Below are positions 38,925 through 51,974 of a stretch of 64,000 nucleotides of DNA, one piece after another (the stretch's first letter is position 1; each line of letters starts with the position of its first letter). This DNA is from Bilabrum cf. latius (taxonomy: Eukaryota), in contig OZ237755.1 in assembly GCA_965178125.1 (NCBI GenBank), positions 496,001 through 560,000 of the forward strand, written 5' to 3'. Made by a program: the position numbers and the translations under genes. The notes below the pieces were generated by a model. That model did no database searches, was not told where the DNA came from, and saw only the letters and a list, made by a program, of their open reading frames with translations.

Positions 38925-41900
38925 ATGTCAGATCGACGACGAAGCGTCGACGGTGAGCTTGGTTTCTGCAATAGCCCTGCGTTCGAGTTGATGCCAGACT
39001 TGTCGCGAAATCAAGGTCGTTTTGTCGACTACAACCGTGATTTGATACACTTTATTGTTTTTTCGGTGCAGGCGGTGAGAAGAGCGCAGCTTTGCGTGCG
39101 GGGAGTGCGATCGTGGGATCACAGGGCCATTCGCCCCGCCTTGCCCCTGGCGCGAGCCGAAGTAATACTGGTGAAGGCATGGCATCACGCCGTGAGCCAA
39201 ACCACTCTATGGGTACCCGTACAGGACCAACGGTCGAAGAGGAGGCACGGGTACGCCGGATGAGCAAACCGGCGACAAGAAGGCGAAGCCTTGGAGGTGA
39301 TAAACAGAAACCAGAGGTTACAGTGGTGGACGAATCAGATCCCTCTGTCGCTGCAAATGCAACCCAGCAGCTTGCGCAGGCGTCTGGCTCATAGTCGAAG
39401 CCGCAGCCAGCACCGGGCCCAGATGCCCTGGTTGGCTTGCCGTCTCTAAGCCAGAACGAGACCCTGCCCTCGAGATCTGCCGGAGGGCCGGCTGCGCAGT
39501 CAAGCCCAAATATTCGCATTGCTGGTCGCAGGGCCCTAGGACCGGCCACGGGTCACCGGGACCAGCAAGACACCCTTGATCGGGTTCTTGCGGGAAACGA
39601 TGCGCCGCCGTCGGATGCCTCACCTCGATCGGGGCAGCTTCGCTCAGCCCGCACCCACCAGCACCACAGGCCTATCCGTGGACAACACGCGATAGCAGGG
39701 AGGGCTCCATCCCTGGCCCCCGAGGGTACCAAGGCGTGGGGCTCTGTGGGGGGCGGAGGAGGCGGCGCCTCTCGCGACTGGCAGAGCGCTCTGGGCCCCC
39801 TGCTTGCTGCAGCGAGCGAGAATCCCACAGTGAAGCTCCTCGGCTCGGGGGAAGGGGGCCCAGTGGACGTGGCGCAGCTTTCTCCATCGCAGGCTGCAGG
39901 TGCCGTGAATGCGGTCGTTGGCGAGCTGCAGGCTCTGCGGTCAGTGGTCCGTGGCCTCGTTCGCGTGCTGGGTCGTTCGGCACCACCGGTTCATTCCTCC
40001 GAGGGGGAAGTGCTGGCTGCACTGCAGGACGCGGCGGGGACCATGCAGCAGGTGCTCGGTCGCGAGCAGATGCACAAGGGCTCCGGGCCTCGAGACACGC
40101 AAGAAGGAGGTGTTGGTGCCGGGGCTCTCGGCGTTTGCGTGGCTAACGGACTCAACGGGTCCTACGAAGAGGTCGCGCTGCAGCAAGGCAGCAAAGAAGC
40201 TGATGAGGGCGATGAGCTACATCCTTTGGCTGCGGAACCAGTGCTCGATGAGGGCGCCGCGCATTCCATGGCGGCCCTCCACGACGCTGTCATCCAGCAG
40301 GAAACGGTCCTGTCTCGGATCGTGAGGCGGGCCAAGCCTCGGCGCGCTTCCATGTCTTCGCTTCCCGACGGCGTGGTTGTGGAGGATCTGCTGGGCGCAG
40401 AGGACTAGATCAAAGATACGCCCCAACCTGCCTCTGCCAAGAAGAAGAGGAAGCCTTCCTCTACGGAAGGAGGCAGCGGTGACAGTGTAGGAGATTTGCT
40501 AGCAGGCGACACGCAGCAATCAGTATCATCTTCTCACAGCGCTAGCAAGGCGGGTAAAGTGAGTCTGCATGTCGCTGGTGAGGCCACGGCCGCAAACACG
40601 TACCACGTGAGCCCAGAAAAGGGCCAGCAGCTGTTCAAGCGACCCCATTCGGGCAAGCACACGTCGAGCTCTGGTGCTTCCCCACCCACCCAGCCGAAGC
40701 CTCCGCAAGGGCACAGCGCTGGAAACTACCCTCGGTAGGCCATCCAACTGGGAGCATCAGCCACCTCCAAACCGCTCCCTGCTGCTCCGTAGCTCAGTGG
40801 CACTCCGTCTACTCAGCAAGAGCCTCAAGGCGACAGCAAGCAGGGTTCATTCAAGGAGCCGGAGGCTGGCTTTGCCCCTGATGCTGGCGCAAAGCCCGCC
40901 AAAATCGTCGCTCCCGAGGCTGGTGGTCACTCAACCCCTAGAAAGCAGAGGCTATCTGGCGGGCGGCGATCGACGGCCCGCAAGGGCACTCGGCGCGGCC
41001 GGCGCGCCAGCATGACGGATCGCACACAGAGCTTCAGAAGGTCCAAGCAGAGGAGGCCCAGCCTGCAGCTTCGAGGCGAGGACCTGCACGTAGAGTTCTC
41101 GGTCATGGCTCCAGATGGCGGCGGCTTTGGCGGCGGGGCACACGGTACTGGCGACCTATTCGCATCGTCTCGCTTGCTGATGGCCGTGCGGGATGCAGCC
41201 GTGTTCGAACGAGAGAATCCGATCGATCCTAGCCAGGAAAAGGCTGTCAACCAGCCGTCAGCCGCGCTTACCGTCTCCCGCAGTGGTACCGCCGGCAAGA
41301 CAGTAGGCAGGGTCGCGGCCGCTGGCTCCATGCCTTCGAGTCAGGGCACTCTGGTCATGCTCCAGGTGCCGCCACCGAATGAGGCCATCTGGGACTTGAG
41401 CCGTCCCTACATATCTGCCACCACCGCATCGATCGACCTGGCGGCAGCCAAGCGCGCGGCGGAAGCGGATGTATACGGTCCCGGTGGCGCACCGGGGAGC
41501 GAGGGATCTGATGGCCAGGCTAGCGGAGGCAACGGCACGGAGCTAGCCAGACACGGCGCCTTTGCCTGGCTGGGGGTGACTCCACTTCCGCGCTCCATGC
41601 CACGGGCTGGATCGCACATTGGCGTGCTATGGGACTCGATGGATGTTGCCCTGTCGGCAGAAGCATTCTCGGCCGCGCTCAGCTCCGTGGTCCGCGCACA
41701 GGCCTGGCGCAAGCGAGCCACCGAGCTCGCGCGCAGAGAGCAGTCTCTCCTTCACATGCAAATGGTCGTTCACCAAGGCACGAACGTAAACGAGGTGGTA
41801 GGCGGGCTGGTGAGAGCGGCGTACCAGCTCGTGCGGGCAGACCGTGTCAGTCTGTTTCTGTCGGACCTGGCAGCCTCGCCGCCAGAGCTGGTGCTGTACA

Positions 41901-44900
41901 TTTCGTAGGACCGGAACGCAACCGGTGTCCGCGTCCCGTTCGGTCGCGGCGTGGTCGGGCATGTGGCGCACACCCGCAAGGTGCTTGCTATCCCTGATGC
42001 TTACAAGGATTCTAGATTCAACGCTGAGATCGACAAGCAGACTGGCTACAAGACGACGAGCATTCTGTGCGTGCCAGTGGTGGACAACAAGGACAGGGTT
42101 CTGGCTGTCGTGCAAGCCATCAACAAGAGACTGCCTTCCGCCGCTCGTCGCGCCGCCCGAGCGAGCAATGCCGGTGCGCAGGTGACGCCTGGTGGGGGAG
42201 ATGCTCAGGGCGGGCAGCTGTCCCCGATGGACATGATCGCACCAACTCCAGTGTCGACCGCAGCAACACCCAATCCAGCATCAGGCGCAGCGCATGATGG
42301 TGCGCCTTTCGGAGAGCATAGCTCCGGCCTGCAGTTGGTGTCGCCCGCGAGAAAAGACAGCCGGGGCGGAACTTCCGATGCCGGCAAAAGTGCGCTGCCG
42401 TTCACAAAGGAGGACGAGAGGCTGCTCGCAGCCGTGTGCTCGGCCGCCGCAGAGGCTCTGCAGAAAGCGAAGCTACTCTCCGAACATCAGCAGAGTCGGA
42501 TGAGGGCAGAAGCTATGTCTGATCTGGTCCGGGTCGTGCAGGACGTAGAGGATGGCACGTTTGAGTCACCTGACGATGGCGACGAGTAGGAAGCCATCGC
42601 TCGGCAGAGGAGGCAGGGCTCCTCTGCATCTGTGCAGCTCACTCGTGGCCTGCGATACATCGTCAACAACGTTGTGATGAGGGCAGTGCCCTGCGCGCAG
42701 GCAAGCTTCGTGCTTGTGGACGCTGTGCGCAGGGAGCTGGCGATGCTGGTGTCGTCGTCGGGAGAAACTCAGCGCATCAGGGTCCCGATTGGCAAAGGAC
42801 TCATGGGAACAGTTGCACGATCCAAGAAGATGCTACTTGCAGATAATGCAGCGAGTGATGCAAGGGTCCAAGAAGCGATTGCTGCCTCGACCGGGCGACT
42901 CTCTGCCCGGTCCGAGGCGAGCAATGCGTCAGGTGCTGCCCACGCTGCTGGTGGGTCAATGGTTGAATCAGCATCCGAAGCGAGCAGTGCGCGGCCGACA
43001 AGATCTCGACTGCCCAGTACGGACTACGAGGAGAACCCGCCAGAGGGTTCTCTCCTTATTTTCCCTGTTCTTGCACCTGCAACTGCAGCTGCTCGCCAGT
43101 TCGCCCGGCGCACTGGTACCACTGAGCAGCTGCAGGCTTCGAGGCGGTGCTTGGGGGTACTCCAGCTCCAGGGCAGGCAAGGCGGGGAGAGGTCTGGCCG
43201 ATTCACCAAGAGCGATGCAGATGTTGTCGAGGCTCTGTGCACAGAGCTGGGAGGCTGGCTGGCGCGATACGCCATGGACACGGCTCAAGAGGCTGCCCTG
43301 GCAGAAGACGGGGACGAGTCCGAAAACGACAGCGTGGGATTCCGACGCAGCATGTTGAAGGAGTACCAGGCTAGGAAGATGCCCTCACGGAGGTCTGTGA
43401 TGGCTGCCCACGAGCGGCGAGGTCACGGCCGCTCAGAATCGGCGAAGGCTAGCGGCGTGGCTGGCATGCTCAGCAAGCGCGCATCCGTCGGTTCGAGCGC
43501 GGGGGGTTCAGAAGACGACAAGAAGCCAAGACGGGGGGCACCTCCCCGGGCGGCACGCCAGCAGACGCTCCAAGACCGTCTTTCTTTGGTTGCAGATTTT
43601 GAGAAGCTGAGACGAAGCGGGATTCAGTCTCCCCATGGGTTCGACATGAGCAATGACGGTAGCTCTGGCGGGATGACCAGCGGAGACCGCTTCGGAAGCG
43701 CGACTTCGCACAAGCTCGACCTCGGCAAGCTAGGTGTGGCTGGCGGATCTGCTGCTGCTGTGGTCAGCGGCGGCTAGAACTCGCCCTTGCGGCAGATCGG
43801 TTCTGCAAGGTCTCTGATGAGCTCCGGCCACGTGCCTGCCGCTCCGAATTCGGCCAGTTTGGTCCTGCGCAGACTGGCTGACAGTTCCGATGCAGGCAGT
43901 GTGGAGGCAGCCAAGACACTAGTGCGGGAGCACAAGAGCAGGTTCAGGTTCGGGGCTGGTCAGACCGGGGGACTTCTCGAGTCTGTACATGGTGATGATA
44001 CCGTGTTCTCCGACAGCACTGGCGGGGGCGAATCCCCCGCGCAAGGGGCAGCATCGCGAGGTGCCGTGTCTCCACTGCGTGCCTAGCTTGCTGGTCGGAT
44101 GTCTGGCCAGCCGGGTGGCACCAACCAGCGGTCCACACTCGCGAGGGGCAAATCTATGACGGATAAGACACCTACGGGGCAGCGGCTGGCACATCTGGCA
44201 CACAAGCGATCTTCCGAAGGCCACGGCGTGGGCCCTATCCCTGGTCTTCTCACTGCAGTCAACGAGACAGAGGCGCCATCGGAGGAAGCCACCCCTGCGA
44301 AGGCGGCGGGATCTGTGGGATCGCCGTCTAATGCCGAGCAGGTGCACACCGGGGACGATCTCGACCTGGACATTAGCGCCACCGGGGAGGAAGAGGTCGG
44401 CCATTTGGACAAGCAGCCCACCATGGCTGATCTGCATGGTATGCCAGGAATCGACACGGCGCCAGGTCCCCAGCGCACGAGATCGCAGCTGGAGCGGCTG
44501 CCTCCCGAGGACGCAGCGCTGCTGCTGAGCAAAGCCATGGCTGAAGAGGGCAATGTAGACACAGCAGCAGACTCCCTGCCGTCTGTTCAGCTGATCCCAA
44601 GGCTGGCAAAGCTGCTTCAGATCGATCCTGCAAATGCCGCATTGGATTCTCAGAGCAGCCAGGCAGAGCAAGCAGGGGAGGATGGCGATGCTGAGGGTGC
44701 TGCAGCCGGGGGCACGTCAGTCGCAGGCGGGTCGCCGTTGAAGCCGAGCGAAGCTTCATCGGGACCCATGGAACGGGCTCCATCGAGCGGTAGCGCTAGC
44801 GTGGCACCAGAGACGCAGGGAAGCGCCCACAATGCATCGGCGCACAGCCCTTCAATGGCCGTGGCGCAGAGCAAGCCTTGGCACGGGTATCGGCCTCGCG

Positions 44901-46150
44901 CGGGCATGATCGATAAGATGCTTCGGTGGGACTTCAATACGCTCCAGTTTGATCCGGTCGACCTGGTACCGTGCCTCCTGGAGATGCTGTGGCACCTCGG
45001 CTTGGTGCAGTAGTTCGACCTCGAGCCCGATAAGGTTCTCAGGTTTTCATGGAACGTTCGACTGAGGTACCGCGACGCGAACCCCTACCATAATTTTCAG
45101 CATGCGGTGTCCGTGGTGCACGTATGCTTCCTTGCGTGCGCCCACTCTGCGACTGCTCGCTCCGTGCTGCAGCCGATCGACAGGCTCGGGCTCATGCTCG
45201 CCTCTTTGGCACACGATCAGGCGCACCCTGGGCACAACGCGAAGCTGGAGCAGGAGACGCTCTCGCGGCTCGCTATCCGATACAACGACAGCAGCGTGCT
45301 GGAGAACCACCACGCTGCTGTGCTCTTTGATCTGCTGCAGCGTCCCGGGCTCGACTGCATCAGCGGGCTCGACGTTCAGGACTTCAAGCGATTGAGGAAG
45401 GTGGCCATCACTGCGATTCTTGCGACCGACATGGTCAAGCACAACGACCAGGCCAAGCGCGCTGACGCAATCGCGCCACCACCGCCTGCAGCGGACGAGG
45501 TCGCGGCAGATGGCGACGGTGCGGCTGAAGACGGTGCGGCTGCAGGAGACGGGTCGGAGGAGTCGAAGAGCAAGGGTGCTGGGGGATGCGCGGCTGCATC
45601 CGATTCGAAGGTAGCAGGCATGGGAGACCCGTTCTGCGGAGTTCCCAGCTGCAGCGACGAGAAACGCCTCGGGGCATGCAAAGCCATCGTGGAGGGCGCC
45701 TTCGGTGGAGAGAAGGGCTCGGATGGCGCTGCGGAGCTGGCAGCCCTCATCCTGCACTCGGCAGACCTTTGCAACCCCGTGCTTCCTCGGTTCGAAGTGG
45801 TGGAGGACTGGGCCTACAGGGTGTGCAAAGAGTTCACGCAGCAGGTTGAGGAGGAAGAGGCTCTGGGGCTCGAACCTGCGCCTCACATGAAAGGGCTTGA
45901 TAACCTGCTCGCCATCAGCAGGTCGCAGGTATTCTTCATCATGTACGTCGTGGCCCCGCTTTGGACTGCGATGAGCCTAATTCTGCCCGAGTTCGAGTCG
46001 GCCAGGCTGTGCATGGAGCGTAACAGGGCGAGGTGGAAAGCGGTCTGGGATGCCGAAGAGGCTAAGGCAAAGGAGAAGGCCGCGGCTGAGGAAGAGGACA
46101 AGAAAATCGAAGGGACGGGGCCTGAGAAGGTAGAGGCTACTGACAAGTGA
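38925..46150 (+). CDS. Class I cyclic nucleotide phosphodiesterase with two GAF domains (exons 38925-38952, 39072-46150; ~2368 aa)
   Basis: GAF motifs (ADRVSLF, GVVGHVA, DAYKDSRFNAEIDKQTGYKTTSILCVP, INK, FTKEDE). PDE motifs NPYHNFQHA, HDQAHPG, LENHH, LATDM, HSADLCNP and EFTQQ. Nine in-frame TAGs. Ends in TGA. Confidence 0.9.
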
Positions 46151-47459
46151 TGGGCTGGATTCGGGGCGCTGGACACGATGGCGTCATACGAGCACTGAGA
46201 TCAAAAGAAAAACTGGCGAACGCTGCCCCTCAGCGCCCGAAAAGCACGCGGCTTGATTGCCGCTCAAGTCTAATTGTGACCTCTCAACTTCCGCATCCGC
46301 ATGTGGTCGCGTGATCCGATGCCTTGATCCGAGTCACTCGTCACACAGATGCCTAATCCCCCTACTGTCCGGCCTGTACCTCCCGCTTACCATCCGCCGT
46401 ATCAACCCGATGATCCCACCAATCATCTTGTCCTCCGCTACTTCCTCACCCCCCCCCCCTTCGGTGAACCGTCGCTCCCTCTCCCTCTGCTCCGTCCTCA
46501 CCTCACCAGCCCCCCCTCCCTCTCTTCGCCCATCCCTCGTTGCCACCGCTCCTGCACCTCCTCCTCACAAGCCGCTCTCTCTCTCTCTCCTCCGCATCCC
46601 TACGCATCTGAGCCTGCACCTCGAGCGGGTCCTGCGCCCACCGCGCAACCTCAATCTCAGAGACCTTGTTGGCCTCACCAACGAGCATACGGTCAAGGAA
46701 ACTATTATGCAGGCGCCGTGTCCCACGTTACTGTCCGTGTTGAGGTGCAGCGCGATTCCACGACCGTGTAGATGGACAACCAGCAGGCGATGGGGAGCAA
46801 GTGTCGGCTGGCCCGTCTTCATCGACGAGTAAGCCTGCTAACAAAGCCGGCGGCAAGCTTTGTGGGTGCGTTGGCGATCGTTGTATCCGCTGGGGTCGCG
46901 TGCATGGCCGTTGGGCTGGCAGTGCAGCGCACGTGCTTAGGTCTGGATGGATGCCACCAGTGGCCCCACTGTGGGAGGGTTGCAATGCTGACTGCTCCGT
47001 TTGGCTTTCGGTATGCTTAGGTTGGAGTGAGTGTGCGGAGAGGAAGGGTGCCTTGGCACATGACACCTGTGAGCGTGTCGTCGGCGAGCATGTGCCACGG
47101 TGACATCCGCCACTCTGCCTCTTTGACTGTTAGCTGGGGTTTGCGCCCCCAGGCAGATGCCCATTCGATGTGTATGTAGTGCATTGAAAGCAAGTGACAT
47201 CGACCATTCTGTCAAAGGCCATGTACCGCAGCGCACATGAAGCGCCGCCTGCACACGGTGACGCCTGCACACGCTGCACACGGTTCCGCTGCCGGCGGCG
47301 CCGTTCGCCAACGGAACTTTCGTAAAAGCGGGATGCACAATTGAGCTTGTGATTCGATTGCTTTCCGCTCCACCATTTTGAGTCGGTCAAATTGACGACA
47401 ATGGCAAGCACAAGACAAACTAGTTGTACAGGAACTTCACGTAGGCCTCCGCGCACCCT

Positions 47460-50400
47460 CGTGCAAGCCCTTAGAAGCGTTTCAAGGGTCAGAACTCTTC
47501 TTGAAGACTAGGTGATGCTGGCGACCATTAATGGACGAATACCTTTCGAAGTGAGAACATAGTTCATGGGATGAAGAAACCATCTACATCGCGGATTCTC
47601 CAGTCTTAATAACTACTGTAGTACCGCTGGCTTGGACTAGCAGGGAATACTACACGGCGTATCATGCCTTGGAATGGCTGCCTGGCACGGCAATGTAGAA
47701 GTAGCAGACTTATTGATTGCGAAGGGAGCTGACATGCAAATTAGCAACTAGGTGAGCAAATGATGGGCAGAGCGTTCCATCCGGAGGGCCTTAATCGTTA
47801 GACTAGTTCAGTTGCTTCGTTCAGAACCGCAGAGGGGTGACATGCCCTTGGCGATTGCTGCTTGGCGCGGCAATACACGATTCGTAGACTACATTATCGG
47901 CAAGGGGGCGAACACTACAGCAGTCAATGCAGTGAGCCACGATTTGAAACTGATTTTAATTCTTGCTTCACAATCGCTGCTAGATTTGTCAAAGTCAATG
48001 GTCTTGCCAGTGAAGTGGTCGCAGCATGAAGCAAACGCGCTGCATGTCGCTGCTTGGCGTGGCCGCACGGGTGTAGTGAACGCTCTCATTAGGCATGGTA
48101 TTGATCTTGAAGCAGTCACCATAGTAAGCTTTTGATTGTAGCTATGTAGCACTTCATATCGTCCACTTTCGAATTCGGATCACGCTGCTGTATTGATTGT
48201 GTGAATGACTATCTGAGGAAGCAGAATGGAACCACGGCTCTGGGTCTTGCTGCTTCGAATGGACATGTAGACTGTGTTGATACCCTTATCAATGCTGGCG
48301 CAAGTATTGAAGCGAAGACTAAAGTGAGCCCGTCTATGAGACCGTCGTGCCCACAGTTGCAGCTTCCACAAGCCAAAATTTGTCTGTTCATTATTCAAGA
48401 AAGCAGAGTGGATCTTCTTGCCTACATCTGGCCGCCTGGAAGGGGCATGCCGACGTTATCGCGAGATTGGCTGCTGAGGGCGTTGACATAAACGTTGAGA
48501 ACTAGGTGAGTACAAGAGCTCAGAAGCAAGGCATACTGTCTAGGAATTGAGTGCATTTCTTCACCAATGGTAATCGTACAATTTTTGCAGCTATGTTCTA
48601 CGCCTCTGCACTTTGCATGCAAGAGAGGCAAGGTGGCTGCTGCTGCGGCGCTGCTTCTGCACGGCGCCGACACCACTGTTGAGAATGACGAGTACTTTGT
48701 GGAAGGTACCCGCCCGGCAGATGTTATTCCAAAATCCGCTCCACATGGTATGAAACAAGCAATGATAAGGGGCGGAGAGTCGTCAGACCTATGCCTGCAC
48801 TGGCTGCTCCAGATGTGTGACGAAGAGGAGCTTCCGTGCAGCAGCATCGTTGATCCAAGTGAAGTGGCGCAGAGAGTACTGTCGGTCTTGCGAGAAGATG
48901 GCATGCTTGGTGGTGATCCGAAAGTTTCGAGGCGGTTTGCTCTCCCTCTAGAGTTGATTGTAGCATTGGATCGGTTCAGAGCTTAGGGACTTCAAACTTC
49001 TGTGTCGGCACTGAAACTAGCTCAGGCAATGGCCTCGGCTGAGGATGTAGCTGAGCCTATAAGACATGACGAGGCAGTTCGCTCACGGGCGTCTCCAGAC
49101 AAGCCTATATCTGGAGATTTGATGGCTCACCACCCGAAGCTTCGGCGGCTGGCTCGCCCTCCTGGGGCCGACAGCAGAGTGCAGCCGTAGTTGGACCCAG
49201 CCAGCTAGGGCAGTTCAAGGATCTTGGAACGACTCGGCACGCAAGAATGCAGCTGGTTGCACGTCATCGAGGGGGGGGTTAGTCAAAGAGCAGGAGGTGA
49301 CGCAACAAGGCTGACTGCGTCGCAGCGAGGTCGGGCAAGGCCATTGTTTTGGGACGGGTCCCAGTACGGAGCTGTAGGCAGTGATGTGGCGGCGGAGCGG
49401 CAGGGTTGCAACTCGCTTGTATTTGCCGTAGAATCCACTGGGAAAGATCCGTCAAGCTTGGAAGGTTGTCGCAGCCCATGGCGCGAGGGATGGCAGGGCG
49501 TCCTCAAAGGTGGAATTCCTGTAGGTGCCTCCGCAGACTACTATTCTGGGGTGGCTCAAAGGTAGTAGTAGGACTGGTTGCTTCCAGGTGTCGTTGGCGA
49601 AAGGAAGGATAAGTATGGCGAGGTAGTGCTGGAAGGTCACCCGAACGTCCTCCAGGTGCATCACAGCTGGCTGGGCTCCACGCAGCTCATGCTGCCGTGG
49701 CTGGACTGGATGCAGCGGCGTCGAACTACATGGACATTAGCCGAGAGGTTCCCCACCACACTCAAGGGTGCCGCTGCGGCGTCTCTCTCTGATGGAGGTC
49801 CCGGATTATCGTGTCGGTAGATGGCACTTTGGCTGCTGCAGGTGCTGCAGGGCCTGGAGCACGCCCGGTCTCGCGGGGTGGTGCACCGGGACGTGAAGGC
49901 GGACAACGTGTTTCTGACGGCAGATGGAAGGGTTGTAGTCGGCGACTGGGGGGAAGGTTGTCTTTTGTACGAAGGGGGCCTTCGGGTACGAGTCGATGAG
50001 ACCCTGGCAGCCCGAGTTCGACTGCAGCAACTGGATGATGCGGCAGCCGATGGAATTAGTCAGCCTGCTGGTGATCCCGCCGTTGTTGATGCTGCAGGTG
50101 GAGACGCTGCTCCCTCGAGTTCTGATGGAGAAGCTTCCGTCTTCTTAGCAGATCCCGTGCCAGAAGAGGAAGAAGAGCGGGTTGACGAGCCTGTCCATCC
50201 TGAGCCGCTGTTCATTGGCGCGGGAGACGGAGTCAAACCAGAAACGCTTGCTTCGAGCATGTTGATGATCGTCGGGGGGATGGGAGCTCGGGCACCAGAA
50301 GTTTATCACAGGGCAATGCACAAGGATGCACTCGATGCTTGGGGAAGGCCGATAGAGACCCTGGCGCAGATCTACGCTTCAAGCGACGCGTGGGCTGCTG

Positions 50401-51569
50401 GGCGGATGATATGGGAACTTTTTGCGACGCAGGCGCTGGCACGGGGTGGATCAGAGGCGAAGCTTCCGCCGCCTGACTCGCTGTACGCGGACAAACTGAT
50501 ACCCCCGCTCCCTCGAGAGTCGGGGTGTTCCGCAGGTCTCGAGGCTGTGCTGCGTGGCTTGTTGTAGGCCAATCCAGCCCATCGGTTGCCATAGAACGTA
50601 GCCATTGACTCACTACATTGGATGCTTTACGGACGCGCGGGGTCTGCTGGTTCTCCTTTGTCCAGCTGGATTGGGGACCAGTAGAAGTGCTTCGCCGATG
50701 CGGATCTAGCTTTGGCTCCTCTTCCAGTGGCAGCCCTAGTCGGGATGGAGATCGGTGCGGATGCATCAATCGAGGCTTCAGCTCGAGTTGGCGAGCCAAG
50801 TGTGCCTGCTGCCAGCGGTGCTGGCGCTGATCCACCGCGTGAGGAAGGCAGTCGTGACAGCCCGATGGAAAGCTTTTCGTTGTAGGAGGCTGACCGCTTG
50901 ATTCAACATGCAGTACAGGCATCAGCGGCAAACCTGGAGCCCTCCGTGTCAGCAGACAATTCAGGGCAGTTAGCTCAAGGGGAAATTGCGGCTGGTGTGA
51001 GAGGCATGTCCATGGGCAACGTCGGTGGTCATAGGTTTGAAGGCCCAATGTGCAAAGCGATAGGGGCTGGCGTGCTCCAGAGCAGCGTTGATGCAGAAAA
51101 GGCTGTGATTGTAGCAGGGCCACTGGCTTCATTGCGACCGCCAAGTGCTGGTACGAGAGCCCTATTCGGTTGGAGCGTGAAGGGTGTGCTGGGGCGCGTG
51201 CGCCCGCTTGTGGAAGGTGAGGCGTCCATGTGGGATAGGCAGTTGAGACGGTAGTTTTTTCAAAAAGATGATGTCCTTGAGCACGTACAAGGGTGCTGCA
51301 GAGCACACGAGCAACTGCTGGCATGCTTCAAGGTCGGCGGTGCTGGCCAATGGGATGGGCCGAGAAATGGGAGCTGGGTCCCTGCAGCTGATGGCTAGAC
51401 TCCTGAGTAGTCACAGTCTCTTCCTGAAGGTTGGGTGGAAATGCATGGCCCCGGTGGGGAGGTACTTTACTGGAACCGCGTCACAGGCTAGACTTCGTAG
51501 CATCGGCCAACTGCTGGAGGGGCTGGCTCTGTCGCAGGTAGCGCACCTGCACCTGCACCACCAACTTGA
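47460..51569 (+). CDS. Ankyrin-repeat + divergent protein kinase + WW-like domain protein (multi-exon; 5' end unresolved, possibly from ~46772)
   Basis: Ankyrin exons 47644-47751, 47833-47931, 48025-48123, 48225-48323 and 48407-48505, then a long exon 48591-51569 with HPNVLQV, HRDVKADNV, DWG, APE, DAWAAG and LPEGW..YWN..TG. About 18 in-frame TAGs. TGA at 51567-51569. Confidence 0.75.
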
Positions 51570-51974
51570 CTGTGTCTTGAATCCGATGGTCGGACTATTA
51601 CTGTGATTATTTGTAGCATGAGATTCGCAAAGCACATGTGTAGACCCGTTGCCTCCAGCGAACGGATGGCTCACTTAAACGGGAAGCTGTCCGGACCCTC
51701 CAATCTGGAAAACAAGACTATTATTTCGCATGCGACCACGGGCATCCTTTCAAGTTGCGACCCAAGCTCCTCGACCCCCGGGCCGGCGGTCATTCGGTTA
51801 GAACCGCTGAACCCAACGGACCGAACCAAACTTTAAAGTATTGATTGTGAGGTTAGCGATTCTACATCAGATTAACGAAAATTGGAACTTTGTTCAATAG
51901 TCGCTGCGCTAGGGCAACTCCGTCCCAGATTCGCTGTGTAAGTGAGCAAAAGTGGCAGCAACTCTGAGTGCAGT

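Noticed and set aside
46200-47450. Pyrimidine-rich, (CT)n-containing region with short ORFs as a possible gene or mobile element
   Set aside because: No terminal repeats or recognisable domain. It may hold 5' exons of the ankyrin kinase, but I cannot resolve them.
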